This document shows, one piece after another, positions 1 through 9,260 of a stretch of DNA of 43,688 nucleotides (its first letter is position 1; each line of letters begins with the position of its first letter). The notes under the pieces were generated by a model, which saw nothing but the letters and a program-made list of their open reading frames with translations, searched no databases and had not been told where the DNA came from. The stretch lies in IMG/VR virus record IMGVR_UViG_2526164631_000038. One strand, 5' to 3'. The position numbers and the translations under genes are program-made. This DNA comes from a virus. Lineage: Duplodnaviria; Heunggongvirae; Uroviricota; Caudoviricetes.

Positions 1-84
1 ATGGCGGGTTATTTGTCCTGGTTATTCCCCCGTTGTAAAATCTCTCCTAAACTTAACGGTACGGCACCACACTTCGGGGATGAA

Positions 85-276
85 ATGTTCGCGCTGGTAC
101 TTTTTGTTTGCTACCTGGATGGCGGTTGTGAAGATATTGTTGTGGATGTCTACAACACGGAACAGCAGTGTCTTTATTCTATGAGCGATCAACGGATCCG
201 CCATGGCGGTTGTTTTCCGATTGAGGATTTTATAGATGGTTTCTGGCGACCAGCACAGGAGTATGGTGATTTTTAA
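85..276 (+). CDS. yebW: small conserved host protein, YebW-like (63 aa from the internal ATG)
   Basis: Translation MFALVLFVCYLDGGCEDIVV... recalled as E. coli YebW, which precedes pphA in K-12. The upstream part of the 1..276 ORF is probably read-through from the window edge. Confidence 0.5.
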   Translation: MFALVLFVCYLDGGCEDIVVDVYNTEQQCLYSMSDQRIRHGGCFPIEDFIDGFWRPAQEYGDF

Positions 277-936
277 TTATTGCAATTGCACAAGAGTCAG
301 TTCGCCCCCAAAGACAGCACCGGTATCAATATAATGCAGGTTGCCAATATCCACGCGATGTCGCAACGGTGTATGACCAAACCAGAAATGATCAGCACCT
401 GTAATTCCCTGCCCTTTTTGGCGTTCACCTAATCGCGAGCGGCTCCACAAGACCTGATGCAAATCAACGTCCTTTTGCCATTCATAAACATCATCTGGAT
501 AATCGGCATGAGCAATAACATGTTTGCCGGTACGACTGTGTACTTCAAGAATAAAGGGCAAATGCTGACATTTTTCCAGCGCCGTTTTCGCTTGTTTCTG
601 TTGATTATCTGCCAGCGCAATAAACCAGTCGCCGCCATTCATCAACCACAAAGACATCTGCTGGGATGCCAGCGCATCCATCGCCATCTGTTCATGATTG
701 CCTCTTACCGCACGAACCCAATGTTGTTCCAGTAACTGCAGGCAACGTAAACTTTGCGGCCCACGATCGATAACGTCTCCCACTGAGATAAGTAAATCTC
801 GCCACGGATCAAAACCACAATGCCATAATTTGCGGCGCAACTGCTCAAGACAACCGTGTATATCGCCAGAAAGCCAGATATGTCGCCATTGATGACCCGC
901 AATTCTCTGATAAACGGGCGCAGGCTGTTTCATCAA
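277..936 (-). CDS. pphA: serine/threonine protein phosphatase 1 (lambda-phosphatase-like metallophosphoesterase)
   Basis: 219-aa translation with GDIHG, GDVIDRG and GNHE metallophosphatase motifs; matches E. coli PrpA/PphA as recalled. Start may be the second Met (933). Confidence 0.85.
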   Translation of the reverse strand: MMKQPAPVYQRIAGHQWRHIWLSGDIHGCLEQLRRKLWHCGFDPWRDLLISVGDVIDRGPQSLRCLQLLEQHWVRAVRGNHEQMAMDALASQQMSLWLMNGGDWFIALADNQQKQAKTALEKCQHLPFILEVHSRTGKHVIAHADYPDDVYEWQKDVDLHQVLWSRSRLGERQKGQGITGADHFWFGHTPLRHRVDIGNLHYIDTGAVFGGELTLVQLQ

Positions 937-1074
937 TATTTTCCTCCCGCGCTAAAGATCACATAATCTTAACAAGAATGTTAAAAAACGCTGGACTCAG
1001 ACAGTAGAGTGTGTGTTATGGTTGACTATAAAGTCAGCGAAGGAAATGCTTCTGGCTTTTAACAGATAAAAAGA

Positions 1075-1098
1075 GACCGAACACGATTCCTGTTTTCG
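1075..1098. repeat. attL: left copy of the prophage attachment-site direct repeat (displaced original 3' end of sdsR)
   Basis: GACCGAACACGATTCCTGTTTTCG here versus GACCGAATACGATTCCTGTATTCG at 43093..43117 (22/24 identical). The preceding AAAAAGAGACC is the reverse complement of the native sdsR terminator tail. Confidence 0.75.
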
Positions 1099-1226
1099 TC
1101 AACAAACTACAAAATCTTTTAGAATTAATGTGTTAAATAAATTTCTGCTCATCTTTTAATCCCTAACACGTACCATTACATATTAATACATTCAATTAGT
1201 TACCATTTTTTTCGAGTTTTTTAGAG

Positions 1227-1240
1227 AAATTTTCGGGAAT
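1227..1240. promoter_or_regulatory. candidate integrase arm-type binding site
   Basis: AAATTTTCGGGAAT resembles the tandem AAATTTCGGGGA repeats next to attR at 43053..43075. Confidence 0.35.
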
Positions 1241-1397
1241 ATTTCAGGTCAATCCATGCATACACAAGCAATTCCTGTATTGAATAATTCCGTAGCAATT
1301 ATGTAAAATCATCTCCGGCTGATTTTCATTCAAACTCGCGCTATCGAACGTCCATCAGCCAGCCGTGGCACGTTCTTGCATACGACGTGCTACGGTT

Positions 1398-1952
1398 TCA
1401 TTTATCTCCGACTGGAAACTTCTTATACAAAGTCGATACGCCAACATCATAAATGATCGCCACCTTCTGGCGAGGAACTCCTGATGCAATTAATCGTCCG
1501 GCCTGTGCCCATTGTTCTGGTGTAAGTTTGGGACGTCGTCCACCAATTCGTCCCTGTGCGCGAGCAGCTTCCAGTCCTGCTTTTGTTCGTTCAACAATCA
1601 GTTCTCGTTCCATTTCAGCCAGGGCCCCCATCACATGAAAGAAAAAACGCCCCATCGGTGTGCTGGTATCAATAGCATCCGTCAGGCTGCGAAAATTAAC
1701 GCCACGTTCGCGCAACTCCTCAACCAGAATGACCAGATGCCGCATACTACGCCCCAGCCGATCCAGCTTCCAGACAACCAGAGTGTCACCTGCCGATAAT
1801 GTCCTGAGCAGTTTTTTCAGTCCCGGCCTTTCGGACTTTGTACCGCTTATCTTGTCTTCAAAAATCAGCTCGCATCCTGCACAGTTCAACGCATTACGTT
1901 GTAGATCGGTATTCTGGTCATTTGTTGATACGCGTACATAGCCAATAAGCAT
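1398..1952 (-). CDS. site-specific DNA invertase, serine recombinase of the Pin/Gin/Hin family
   Basis: Translation from MLIGYVRVSTNDQ... with catalytic-Ser motif and C-terminal HTH; 184 aa from the ATG at 1952, which has a GGGAGA Shine-Dalgarno. The longer 1988 start lacks one. Confidence 0.9.
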   Translation of the reverse strand: MLIGYVRVSTNDQNTDLQRNALNCAGCELIFEDKISGTKSERPGLKKLLRTLSAGDTLVVWKLDRLGRSMRHLVILVEELRERGVNFRSLTDAIDTSTPMGRFFFHVMGALAEMERELIVERTKAGLEAARAQGRIGGRRPKLTPEQWAQAGRLIASGVPRQKVAIIYDVGVSTLYKKFPVGDK

Positions 1953-2040
1953 GGTAGGTCTCCCTGACAAAAGCAGGAATGATGCCATTTGCTCGTTATT
2001 TCTGCATTTTCATAAACGTTGGTTTGGGAGAAGCGGCAAA

Positions 2041-2353
2041 ACGAAATGTGGGAACAGGGGAAAATCAGATACCTGATATGTCATCATATGCATCAGGTTC
2101 AGGCTGGCGAAAAATGCCAGATGGTTCAATTGAACAGTGGGGACGAATTAGTTTTCCTGGTGAACACGGGCCTGTATCCGCCAATGTTTCATTCCCAATT
2201 CCATTTACACAGACACCGGGCATTGTAATTGTGTGCGATGGTGGTTTCGGGGGCGGGAATATGTGGGGGGCGACCAACTGGAGCACTACCGGCTTCATAG
2301 CTCACTGCAATTATGGTCTTGAAGGTGGTGCGTTTTTCGCTAAGGGCTGGTAA
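2041..2353 (+). CDS. promoterless alternative tail-fibre C-terminal cassette (Sv'-like) inside the invertible segment
   Basis: Open frame without its own N-terminus. Encodes ...[12 protein letters not shown]..., whose NVGT block is homologous, in inverted orientation, to the NVGT near the C-terminus of the fibre gene at 3370..4215. Confidence 0.5.
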
Positions 2354-2796
2354 TGATGAAATATCTGTACGTAAACAACCTGGCATATCCTTACGAACTT
2401 CAGTCTCTTTATGTTGAAAAAGGTGAATGGCCTGAAGAAAAAGGTGTTGATATAGACGAAGTAATTTTCAGGGAATATTTCTATGATACACCACCAGAAG
2501 GAAAATACAGATGTGTCGGAGAGGATGGACTGCCTGCATGGGCAGATATTCCTCCACCAACACGTGAAGAACAAATTGCATCAGCCGAAACTAAAAAGCA
2601 GCAATTGATTAACCAGGCCAACGAATACATCAACAGTAAACAATGGCCAGGTAAAGCATCAATTGGTCGTCTGAAAGGTGAGGAACTGGCGCAATATAAT
2701 TTGTGGCTGGATTATCTGGACGCACTGGAACTGGTCGATACTTCCGGTGCGCCAGATATTGAATGGCCTACGCCTCCGGCAGTTCAGGCCAGATGA
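2353..2796 (+). CDS. tail fibre assembly protein, alternative copy (Tfa')
   Basis: 147-aa ORF; ATG overlaps the preceding stop (TAATG); C-terminal region typical of caudoviral Tfa chaperones; pairs with the Sv' cassette. Confidence 0.65.
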   Translation: MMKYLYVNNLAYPYELQSLYVEKGEWPEEKGVDIDEVIFREYFYDTPPEGKYRCVGEDGLPAWADIPPPTREEQIASAETKKQQLINQANEYINSKQWPGKASIGRLKGEELAQYNLWLDYLDALELVDTSGAPDIEWPTPPAVQAR

Positions 2797-3373
2797 CGTC
2801 CGGCGCTGTGCTGGTATCTGTTGCCGTCACCGCGTCAATGTAATCCAGCACAGCGTTAAGTCGGGTGTTTTCTGGCTGCGTCAGCTTCCGCCCAGCCTGT
2901 AATTTCAGTTGAATCAGACTAATGGAAGCCATTGCAGCATCAATCAGTGACTGACGCTGTGCTTCTGCCGCTTCGACTGCTGCGCTATGCTGTGCCTCAG
3001 TATCGGTCACCCATTTCTCACCATCCCATTTATCGTATGGCGTTAATGGAGCGATAGTGGTTGTATTTTCAGGGTAATCACCCGGAGCTGTGATTTCTTT
3101 TGATTCTCCTGTTTCAGTGCTATAGACCGTTTCACCGCGATGGTCTGGCACATATTCCCATGAGTTAAAATCTGCAGAACGGCAAATTGCATAACCAGCT
3201 TTATATGAGCCAGGAGCATCTAAACAGGAACATGCCGGGATACCGACACCCACAGCAAGATATTCAGTTGATGTGGAAATATATTCCCGTGTCTCACCAT
3301 CATAATTGTAAACGGTAATGTCTCCCGCCTTTGTGGTGATGAGTTCGCTATTTAATACAGCTTTATTCATCAT
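2768..3373 (-). CDS. tail fibre assembly protein (Tfa), currently expressed orientation
   Basis: 201-aa ORF directly downstream of the fibre gene; C-terminus resembles Tfa chaperones; convergent with Tfa'. Confidence 0.7.
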   Translation of the reverse strand: MMNKAVLNSELITTKAGDITVYNYDGETREYISTSTEYLAVGVGIPACSCLDAPGSYKAGYAICRSADFNSWEYVPDHRGETVYSTETGESKEITAPGDYPENTTTIAPLTPYDKWDGEKWVTDTEAQHSAAVEAAEAQRQSLIDAAMASISLIQLKLQAGRKLTQPENTRLNAVLDYIDAVTATDTSTAPDVIWPELPEA

Positions 3374-4215
3374 GCGGCCCTTACGATATAATTAAAAGCG
3401 ATGTTACGAGGACGAGTTTCTGTACCTACATTTTCACTAATTTCACCATAACGTTTAACACTACGAGAGCTAATAGCTCGTAGTGAGGAAGGCACATTAA
3501 GACCGGGTTCGTCCGTTTTAACTATTCCCCCGTCACCGTATGTAGCCAGTATTCCTGGGTTTACTCCTTCCCGTGCACTTCCTGCGGCGAGTCCGTCCCC
3601 TGTCCATAATTCCATATAGTGTGCATGGTCCAAAATTGTGTGTGGCTGCCAATTAAGCAAAGCGCGACCAGTATCAATCCCGCGACCGTCATCCCAGCCA
3701 CGAATAAATTCACCGCGTAAATCAGGCAATTTATTGGTCGGGTAAGCCTTTGCCAGTTCCGGGTATTCTTCAGCAGAAAAAGCCGCACCGTTGCATTTCA
3801 GCCAGCCTGTTGGCGGTGTGACTGAAGGCCACGGAACAGGCACACCAACAGGTAATGCAGAACCTTCTCCCAAACCAAGGTTTTCGAGAGCCGTTTGCAC
3901 AGTGCCATCCGATTTGATATCGCCAAACGGATTCTTGCGGCTCAGGTATTCAACAGCAAACCCCGATCCCAGCAATTCAACAAAACCGGGCAGATCACCA
4001 TTATCAAGCACATCCCGTTGCGTTTTGTCACTTACAAACTGGGCCAGAGCTGCAGCAATAAAGCTGGCCTGTCGAATGGCTTTGTTCACCTGCGCACTGG
4101 ATGCTTTCCCTGCTGTAAATCCGGATAAAAGCGCAGGCAACGCTTCCCATTCCTCCTGCGACATAACATTGGCATTTCGATCAGTTGCAAACGCTTTAAA
4201 GTCATTTTTCGCCAT
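3370..4215 (-). CDS. tail fibre protein
   Basis: Gly-rich beta-type sequence with a collar-like segment ([18 protein letters not shown]) and the C-terminal [16 protein letters not shown] typical of phage fibres; start MAKNDF at 4215 overlaps the upstream stop. Confidence 0.75.
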   Translation of the reverse strand: MAKNDFKAFATDRNANVMSQEEWEALPALLSGFTAGKASSAQVNKAIRQASFIAAALAQFVSDKTQRDVLDNGDLPGFVELLGSGFAVEYLSRKNPFGDIKSDGTVQTALENLGLGEGSALPVGVPVPWPSVTPPTGWLKCNGAAFSAEEYPELAKAYPTNKLPDLRGEFIRGWDDGRGIDTGRALLNWQPHTILDHAHYMELWTGDGLAAGSAREGVNPGILATYGDGGIVKTDEPGLNVPSSLRAISSRSVKRYGEISENVGTETRPRNIAFNYIVRAA

Positions 4216-4895
4216 CAGAGTAATACTCCCCATGCTCCTACATCAAAACCACTGATGAATTCGTTATCCATATCAAAACCAAAAAATTTTGAGCCTTCCG
4301 ATGGGGTTTCCACCGAAGGAGTTTCAATGCCCCCCGCCCATACCCCGGCGGCTTTTACTGTGAGATACCCCTGTTTAATTGCCGCAATTAACTCACGCGA
4401 TACATCTGAAATATCAGTATCAGGAAAGACCCAGACCGATATCGTCATGTCCTGGTTATCGACTATCTGCATTCGCAGCCCGGATCCTGCTGTTGCCGCG
4501 TCAAGAATTGCCGGAAGCGAATCATTCCGTCCGTCCCAGTTATTAATCGCAATCTTCGCTTTAAGGATGACACGATAAGTTTCATCGCTGAGGTACATGT
4601 ATCCGGAATCAGGATCGTATGGTCCCTGCCATACACCCTGATCATATCCAAGCCCGTCGGTATCCCAGCTGAAATAAACACCTGAGATAGGCTGGCTGAC
4701 AACACGGCTACGTCCGATCCACAATCCCAGAATGTCAAGTTGCACACCAACCGCAGAGTCAATATCAAATGCAGTAATCAGCCCTCTGGTGGCCGCCGCA
4801 ACATCAATAAGCGGCCGGGTCATCAGATCAACATGTGCAAGAAATTTAGGTTTGGTGGCGTGGTAGTTCGTGATTAGTTCGGTGTATTTGCTCAT
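4215..4895 (-). CDS. baseplate protein (Mu gp48-like)
   Basis: 226-aa ORF between the baseplate J-like gene and the fibre gene, translationally coupled; position and size fit Mu gp48. Confidence 0.55.
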   Translation of the reverse strand: MSKYTELITNYHATKPKFLAHVDLMTRPLIDVAAATRGLITAFDIDSAVGVQLDILGLWIGRSRVVSQPISGVYFSWDTDGLGYDQGVWQGPYDPDSGYMYLSDETYRVILKAKIAINNWDGRNDSLPAILDAATAGSGLRMQIVDNQDMTISVWVFPDTDISDVSRELIAAIKQGYLTVKAAGVWAGGIETPSVETPSEGSKFFGFDMDNEFISGFDVGAWGVLL

Positions 4896-6091
4896 GACTC
4901 CACCGTTATAACGATATTTTCCGGGGTACAGGACGCAGATTCGTTGTATCTGATATCAATGTTTGATGACGACAAAGCCCCCGGAGATTTCCCAATCGTC
5001 AGTTCCTGAATATCGTAATAGCGTGCATTCCCGCCACTCACCACGCCAAGATTCGCCGGTGAGTAAATGCGACTTAAAAGGACCGAATCACCAATCATCA
5101 GACTATTGATATAGTCGGAAATAGCCTGCTGGATCTGCTGCCCTATCTGTGAGGTATAACCCGTAAAAACTTTTAATTTAATCCGGGCATAAACAGGCAC
5201 ATCACTGGAACGCGAGAATTTGATTACATGGGGATTGCCGTATTTATCCGGAACCGTAACGGATGTTGTACCGTGAGTGGCTGTCCCCTGGCCTTTATTC
5301 CCTCTGATAGCCTGAGCAATATCCATCACATCACCGCCATCCACAATTACAGCAACAGAGTGTGGCGGTAACCCGTTACCGTCCTCCGAACCAGTATCGT
5401 TTTCATAGAGTTTGTGGCGGGTTACACCGGTAACATTAGAAACAGCACCATCCAGTGCTTCAAATGGGGTTATTGATGGCAACGCAACACTTTGCGACTG
5501 GCGGATACGTAACTCCGCATCAGTTTCTGCCGGAGAGCCAACAGTAGCCGCAGCAGGATTAGTTACCGAAACCCAGCCACGGGTTGGCGTATTAATTTCA
5601 GTGATAGTTCCAGCCAGCGCCGCCACTGCACCACTGACGGAACATGTTGCGGTCGCCATCACTGTACCATCCACGCCGACCACCACTGAAGCAGGCAAAC
5701 GCCATATCACACTATTACTGTCTTTCACGCTGCCATTAATGATGGTTGTTCCGGCAGTTCCTGTAAGAAGCAAATCAACCGTAGAATTCGTCGCGCCTTT
5801 ACGTGAAATACCATTTATTTTCACGTTACTGGTCAGTGCGGCCCCATAGCCGGTTGCCGGTGAAAAACAGTTGTAGACAGTTATCGCAGTATTATTGGCA
5901 TCATGAATCGCCAGCGCCATCAGAGCCACCATCTGGCCGTCTTTACTATCCGGTTCGAGGTAGGCATCACTGCCATAAATCTGCTGAAAATAGCTAATCA
6001 GGGTGCTGAGTATCGTCTGATAATCAGGCGCACTGATCCCCTCCGCGGTTACCTTTGCAGATAAACCGAGAGAATCAAGGTTCAGAGCCAT
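4892..6091 (-). CDS. baseplate J-like protein (Mu gp47 / P2 gpJ family)
   Basis: 399-aa ORF with an N-terminus characteristic of Baseplate_J proteins as recalled; in conserved baseplate gene order. Confidence 0.7.
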   Translation of the reverse strand: MALNLDSLGLSAKVTAEGISAPDYQTILSTLISYFQQIYGSDAYLEPDSKDGQMVALMALAIHDANNTAITVYNCFSPATGYGAALTSNVKINGISRKGATNSTVDLLLTGTAGTTIINGSVKDSNSVIWRLPASVVVGVDGTVMATATCSVSGAVAALAGTITEINTPTRGWVSVTNPAAATVGSPAETDAELRIRQSQSVALPSITPFEALDGAVSNVTGVTRHKLYENDTGSEDGNGLPPHSVAVIVDGGDVMDIAQAIRGNKGQGTATHGTTSVTVPDKYGNPHVIKFSRSSDVPVYARIKLKVFTGYTSQIGQQIQQAISDYINSLMIGDSVLLSRIYSPANLGVVSGGNARYYDIQELTIGKSPGALSSSNIDIRYNESASCTPENIVITVES

Positions 6092-6444
6092 TACGCCTCC
6101 GATTTAACAGTCGTTATTCCATAGAGAGTGTCGATTTCAGCGGAAAACATGACACGTCGGGTCGTGGTATCCACCGTCGTATTGAAAGAGAGGATTGATT
6201 TAACGCCCCGCGTTTCGAGGATGCGCTTACGGATCGCCAGGTTGTAGGTTTCCGGCTTCTGCTTACCGAGCACAGACTGGATCCACGGGGTCCCTTCGGT
6301 GGTGTCGAGAAACCATTGCCCATACCACAATTCAAATCACGTTTTTACCGCCTGCGCCACGGCCTCCGGTGAGTTAATCAGCCAGGTGTCATCACCGCTG
6401 CCAAAGGTGTAATCGCCATCGGCGTCTTCACGTCTGTATCGCAT
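6091..6444 (-). pseudogene. small baseplate protein (Mu gp46-like) interrupted by an in-frame TGA
   Basis: ATG at 6444 overlaps the upstream stop (ATGA). Frame reads MRYRREDADGDYTFGSGDDTWLINSPEAVAQAVKT, then TGA at 6337..6339, then the same frame continues FELWYGQWFLDTTEGTPWIQSVLGKQ... to 6091. Confidence 0.6.
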
Positions 6445-7196
6445 CAGTTTACCCTATCGGTATTGCTTCCACCGCGCTGAACACCGCCATGAGTGTGCGT
6501 ATCATCGATTGGCTTGCCGTTAGCCTTCACGCTACCCAAAAACTCAACAGCACCAGTGATTTTTGAAGCCACACCAGAAACCACAGACCCCACCATGCCA
6601 CCCATCCAGGTTAACAGGCCATGAATGGTTACTTTCTCAGAAAAATCAGCCAGAGGGGCAACCACATCAAGACCACCCGGAGCGACAATTTTAATTTTCC
6701 TGGTATCAGGATTAAGCTCAAAATAGGTGCTGCCGTCGTCACTACGCAACTGTGTGGCACTGGTATTAATACCGCTAATCTTCCTCGCCTGCGACTGGGG
6801 ACCGACAATACAAAACGCATCCGATAAATCATGCATTCTGTCATCAACAGGCTCCTGTATCCCGCCGTTCTGCCACCAGAAATCAATACAACGATCGGCA
6901 AAAACAACAAGACACTCATCCCCGGCTTTAACCGGAAAAGTCAACGTACAGCCTCCGCCGCGCGGAAATACCACTGGCACATCCACCAGCAACGGGTAAT
7001 TTTTGGTAATGCGGTTACCGTCGTTATCCTTTTCAACCGAACGGATAGCTGGCTGCACAACCGCCGTCACCGCGTCGGGATCGAATGACTGAACAATGCC
7101 AGGCAAGGCGACACGGATCTGGTTCTTTGTGGTTTCCCGTTCAGATTTGAATGTTTCGGCAAGGTCGCCGCTGCGGGTCTGGTCAGATACTGCCAT
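6444..7196 (-). CDS. baseplate assembly protein V / spike (Mu gp45-like)
   Basis: 250-aa ORF; VVFPRGGGCTLTFPVKAGDECLVVF segment resembles the gpV OB-fold; in baseplate gene order. Confidence 0.7.
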   Translation of the reverse strand: MAVSDQTRSGDLAETFKSERETTKNQIRVALPGIVQSFDPDAVTAVVQPAIRSVEKDNDGNRITKNYPLLVDVPVVFPRGGGCTLTFPVKAGDECLVVFADRCIDFWWQNGGIQEPVDDRMHDLSDAFCIVGPQSQARKISGINTSATQLRSDDGSTYFELNPDTRKIKIVAPGGLDVVAPLADFSEKVTIHGLLTWMGGMVGSVVSGVASKITGAVEFLGSVKANGKPIDDTHTHGGVQRGGSNTDRVN

Positions 7197-7210
7197 TTAG
7201 TAGGCTCCAG

Positions 7211-7238
7211 AAAGCAAAAAACCCGCCGGGTGGCGGGT
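7211..7238 (-). terminator. rho-independent terminator after the moron gene
   Basis: Minus-strand hairpin CCCGCCACCCGGCGGG followed by TTTTTTGCTTT. Confidence 0.65.
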
Positions 7239-7255
7239 TCATTATTGAAGTTTCA

Positions 7256-7495
7256 TTACTGCTTGTTTGCTTCTAACGCTTCAGCTATTCGGCGAAGATA
7301 CTCATTGTTTTTAAATGAAACCATGATGCACTCAAAGAATATTCGGCAAAATACAGCACATAACAAAAGCACTAAAGCGCCAGCAGCCTTCCCATTAACA
7401 AACGTTATAATGGCGGCAACAACCAGAAGTAACATTGTGATGCCATACAGAACGTTGATGATTTTTGGAGTTATTAATTTATCAAATCCGAACAT
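7256..7495 (-). CDS. small integral membrane protein (moron)
   Basis: 79 aa with two hydrophobic helices (ITMLLLVVAAIITFV, GALVLLLCAVFCRIFF); no structural-gene character; followed by its own terminator. Confidence 0.6.
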   Translation of the reverse strand: MFGFDKLITPKIINVLYGITMLLLVVAAIITFVNGKAAGALVLLLCAVFCRIFFECIMVSFKNNEYLRRIAEALEANKQ

Positions 7496-7548
7496 GCGAC
7501 AAATTCCTTATCGTGAAAGTAGAAGTACCACATTATAATTACGAGTGA

Positions 7549-7890
7549 TTAATCAACAATCTTTTTGCATGGAAAGGAACCGATGATTTTCGGCGCATCC
7601 ATGCTGTTCTGCAGCAGTTGGACATTCAGGAATCGCGTTTCGGTACCAGGGCGACGAATGTATTCAAAGCCGTAGTTGTTACCGTCTTTGGCAGGCATAA
7701 GCCCCATGTCTACTTTCAAACCATTGGTACCCAGTTCGGTGATTTTTTGAGAGGTAACTCTTTCACCGTTGATTGTCGATAACTCGCCCTGGTTTGCAAC
7801 CATAGTGTAGCCACCGCATTTAACCGTGAAGCCATCCGCCCACGCGCTGCACGCAGAAAAGACAGCTAACAGAAAAATAATACCCCTCAT
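7549..7890 (-). CDS. secreted or lipoprotein-like small protein (moron)
   Basis: 113 aa; N-terminal signal peptide MRGIIFLLAVFSACSAWA; two Cys in the mature part; embedded between baseplate genes. Confidence 0.6.
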   Translation of the reverse strand: MRGIIFLLAVFSACSAWADGFTVKCGGYTMVANQGELSTINGERVTSQKITELGTNGLKVDMGLMPAKDGNNYGFEYIRRPGTETRFLNVQLLQNSMDAPKIIGSFPCKKIVD

Positions 7891-7893
7891 TGC

Positions 7894-8955
7894 TCATTCC
7901 CTTTGCAAAGCCGATTGCGTATACAGATCCGCCGCGCCACGCGCTTCGCACATCATATCCATGTACCACGCCTGGCCCCTTGTATCGCCAGTGTACATAA
8001 TCCCGCGCACAATATAAACGCCATCCGTTGCGATGCTGGCAGGCTGCGATGTGGTGCCGCTTAGCGTAATATTTCCGTCCGTGTTCTGGTCGGTGATCTG
8101 CCCACCAGCCATAGCGATATCGTTGTTCGACAACGCGGTGCGATATACGGAAGCCTGATCCAGTTGAATGAGCCCATTAACCCGGATGTTCGGATTAATA
8201 AGCGCGCGAACGTTTACGCCGTTGCCGATGGTCTGCTGCGGCATGCCAATAAGCCCGGTAGCGCTGTTGAGCACAATCGCTTCGTGAACATATTCATTAT
8301 TCGCCACCATCTGGCGCTGACCGTCTACGAATTGCCATGTTGCGCCACATTGCCCGGCTACGTTATCCATTAGATGCCGCGTCATGCCAAAGAGCACCCG
8401 CCCCCGGGGGAATACAGTAGCAGGCATTTCAGGCGTCAGGCCTTCGGTCGCACCTTTGGCTTCGAAGTCTTTCATCAGCGCACGGTTCACATCAGCGACC
8501 GTGTAACCGGCAGCCAGCGTCTGTGAGGTTATACTGGTGGCAAAAGCCAGATCAGTATCTGCTGCCTGAATCAGGACGTAGGAATCAACCGGACTGTCTT
8601 TTCCTGTAACCGAGTAGCGAATTTCACCGCTGAAAATCAGTCCGTAGTTGCGGCCATCACTCTGGCCCACGTCCGCCGCATCAACCTCCCGCACGATCCC
8701 GACGTCGCTTGCCGACACCTCCGGCGCGATACCGTCGTAACCCGCAATCAGACGCACTTTCGAAAACTCCCGCCCGGTGATTCGGTTCACAGTATCTGCC
8801 GAGAGGTTATAAATTTTGATAGTCCCTACCCGGGACGCGCTGCTGATGTTGAACCAGTCGATCGTAAAGGTCACTTTAAAATCACTTAGCTCAATTCCCT
8901 GACCGTTCCCGTCCACAAGCTGCAGCTCGAAATGTCTCATCCAGTTCTGTGACAT
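7894..8955 (-). CDS. tail/baseplate hub protein (Mu gpP-like)
   Basis: 353-aa ORF in Mu-like tail module order between the DNA-circulation-like and baseplate genes. Confidence 0.5.
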   Translation of the reverse strand: MSQNWMRHFELQLVDGNGQGIELSDFKVTFTIDWFNISSASRVGTIKIYNLSADTVNRITGREFSKVRLIAGYDGIAPEVSASDVGIVREVDAADVGQSDGRNYGLIFSGEIRYSVTGKDSPVDSYVLIQAADTDLAFATSITSQTLAAGYTVADVNRALMKDFEAKGATEGLTPEMPATVFPRGRVLFGMTRHLMDNVAGQCGATWQFVDGQRQMVANNEYVHEAIVLNSATGLIGMPQQTIGNGVNVRALINPNIRVNGLIQLDQASVYRTALSNNDIAMAGGQITDQNTDGNITLSGTTSQPASIATDGVYIVRGIMYTGDTRGQAWYMDMMCEARGAADLYTQSALQRE

Positions 8956-8957
8956 GC

Positions 8958-9260
8958 TTACTCCGTTGATACCAGTAAATGGCTGCGACCGCCCAGGTCA
9001 GTTTTTGTGGGGTAATCCTGTGTGTTGTCATCACAGACCACCACCAGCTTAAAACCAAGCCCCATACAGGCGTACTGCGCCAGCAGGTCAGCACCAGTGA
9101 CGAGAGGAATACCGGAGATTACCGGCTCCCCTCTGTCGTTCTGCAGGTCCATAATCCAGTACAGATCGCGCCATATGATGCTAATCCGCCAGGTAACACC
9201 ACCCAGGACGATGCTGAACTGCTGGTTGTCCGCTGTCAGCGGAATTTCCTGAATTGCCAT
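8958..9260 (-). CDS. tail protein
   Basis: 100-aa ORF translationally coupled to flanking tail genes. Confidence 0.45.
   Translation of the reverse strand: MAIQEIPLTADNQQFSIVLGGVTWRISIIWRDLYWIMDLQNDRGEPVISGIPLVTGADLLAQYACMGLGFKLVVVCDDNTQDYPTKTDLGGRSHLLVSTE

Larger units (their letters stand above)
2044..3434. other. putative invertible tail-fibre host-range segment (G/P-segment-like)
   Basis: Inverted homologous blocks AAATGTGGGAACAG (2044..2057) and its relative CTGTACCTACATTTT (3420..3434, reverse complement AAAATGTAGGTACAG), both in-frame for NVGT; adjacent invertase; convergent tfa/tfa' pair. Exact crossover sites not resolved. Confidence 0.55.

Noticed and set aside
937-1397. A tRNA gene as the integration target
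   Set aside because: No cloverleaf-like sequence was recognised at either end; the duplicated sequence instead matches the 3' end of the sdsR sRNA.
2013-2020. TAAACGTT shared between 2013..2020 and the fibre gene near 3448..3459 as the inversion crossover site, including a gix-like 26-mer at 2007..2032
   Set aside because: Joining at this block would put the alternative cassette out of frame (stop after about 20 codons); the in-frame NVGT block at 2044..2057 / 3420..3434 is the more likely recombination region.
6114-6335. 73-aa alternative-frame ORF (MNCGMGNGFSTPPKG...)
   Set aside because: Gly/Ser/Pro/Arg-rich overlap frame; the adjacent frame gives a coherent small protein interrupted by a single TGA, which explains the region better.
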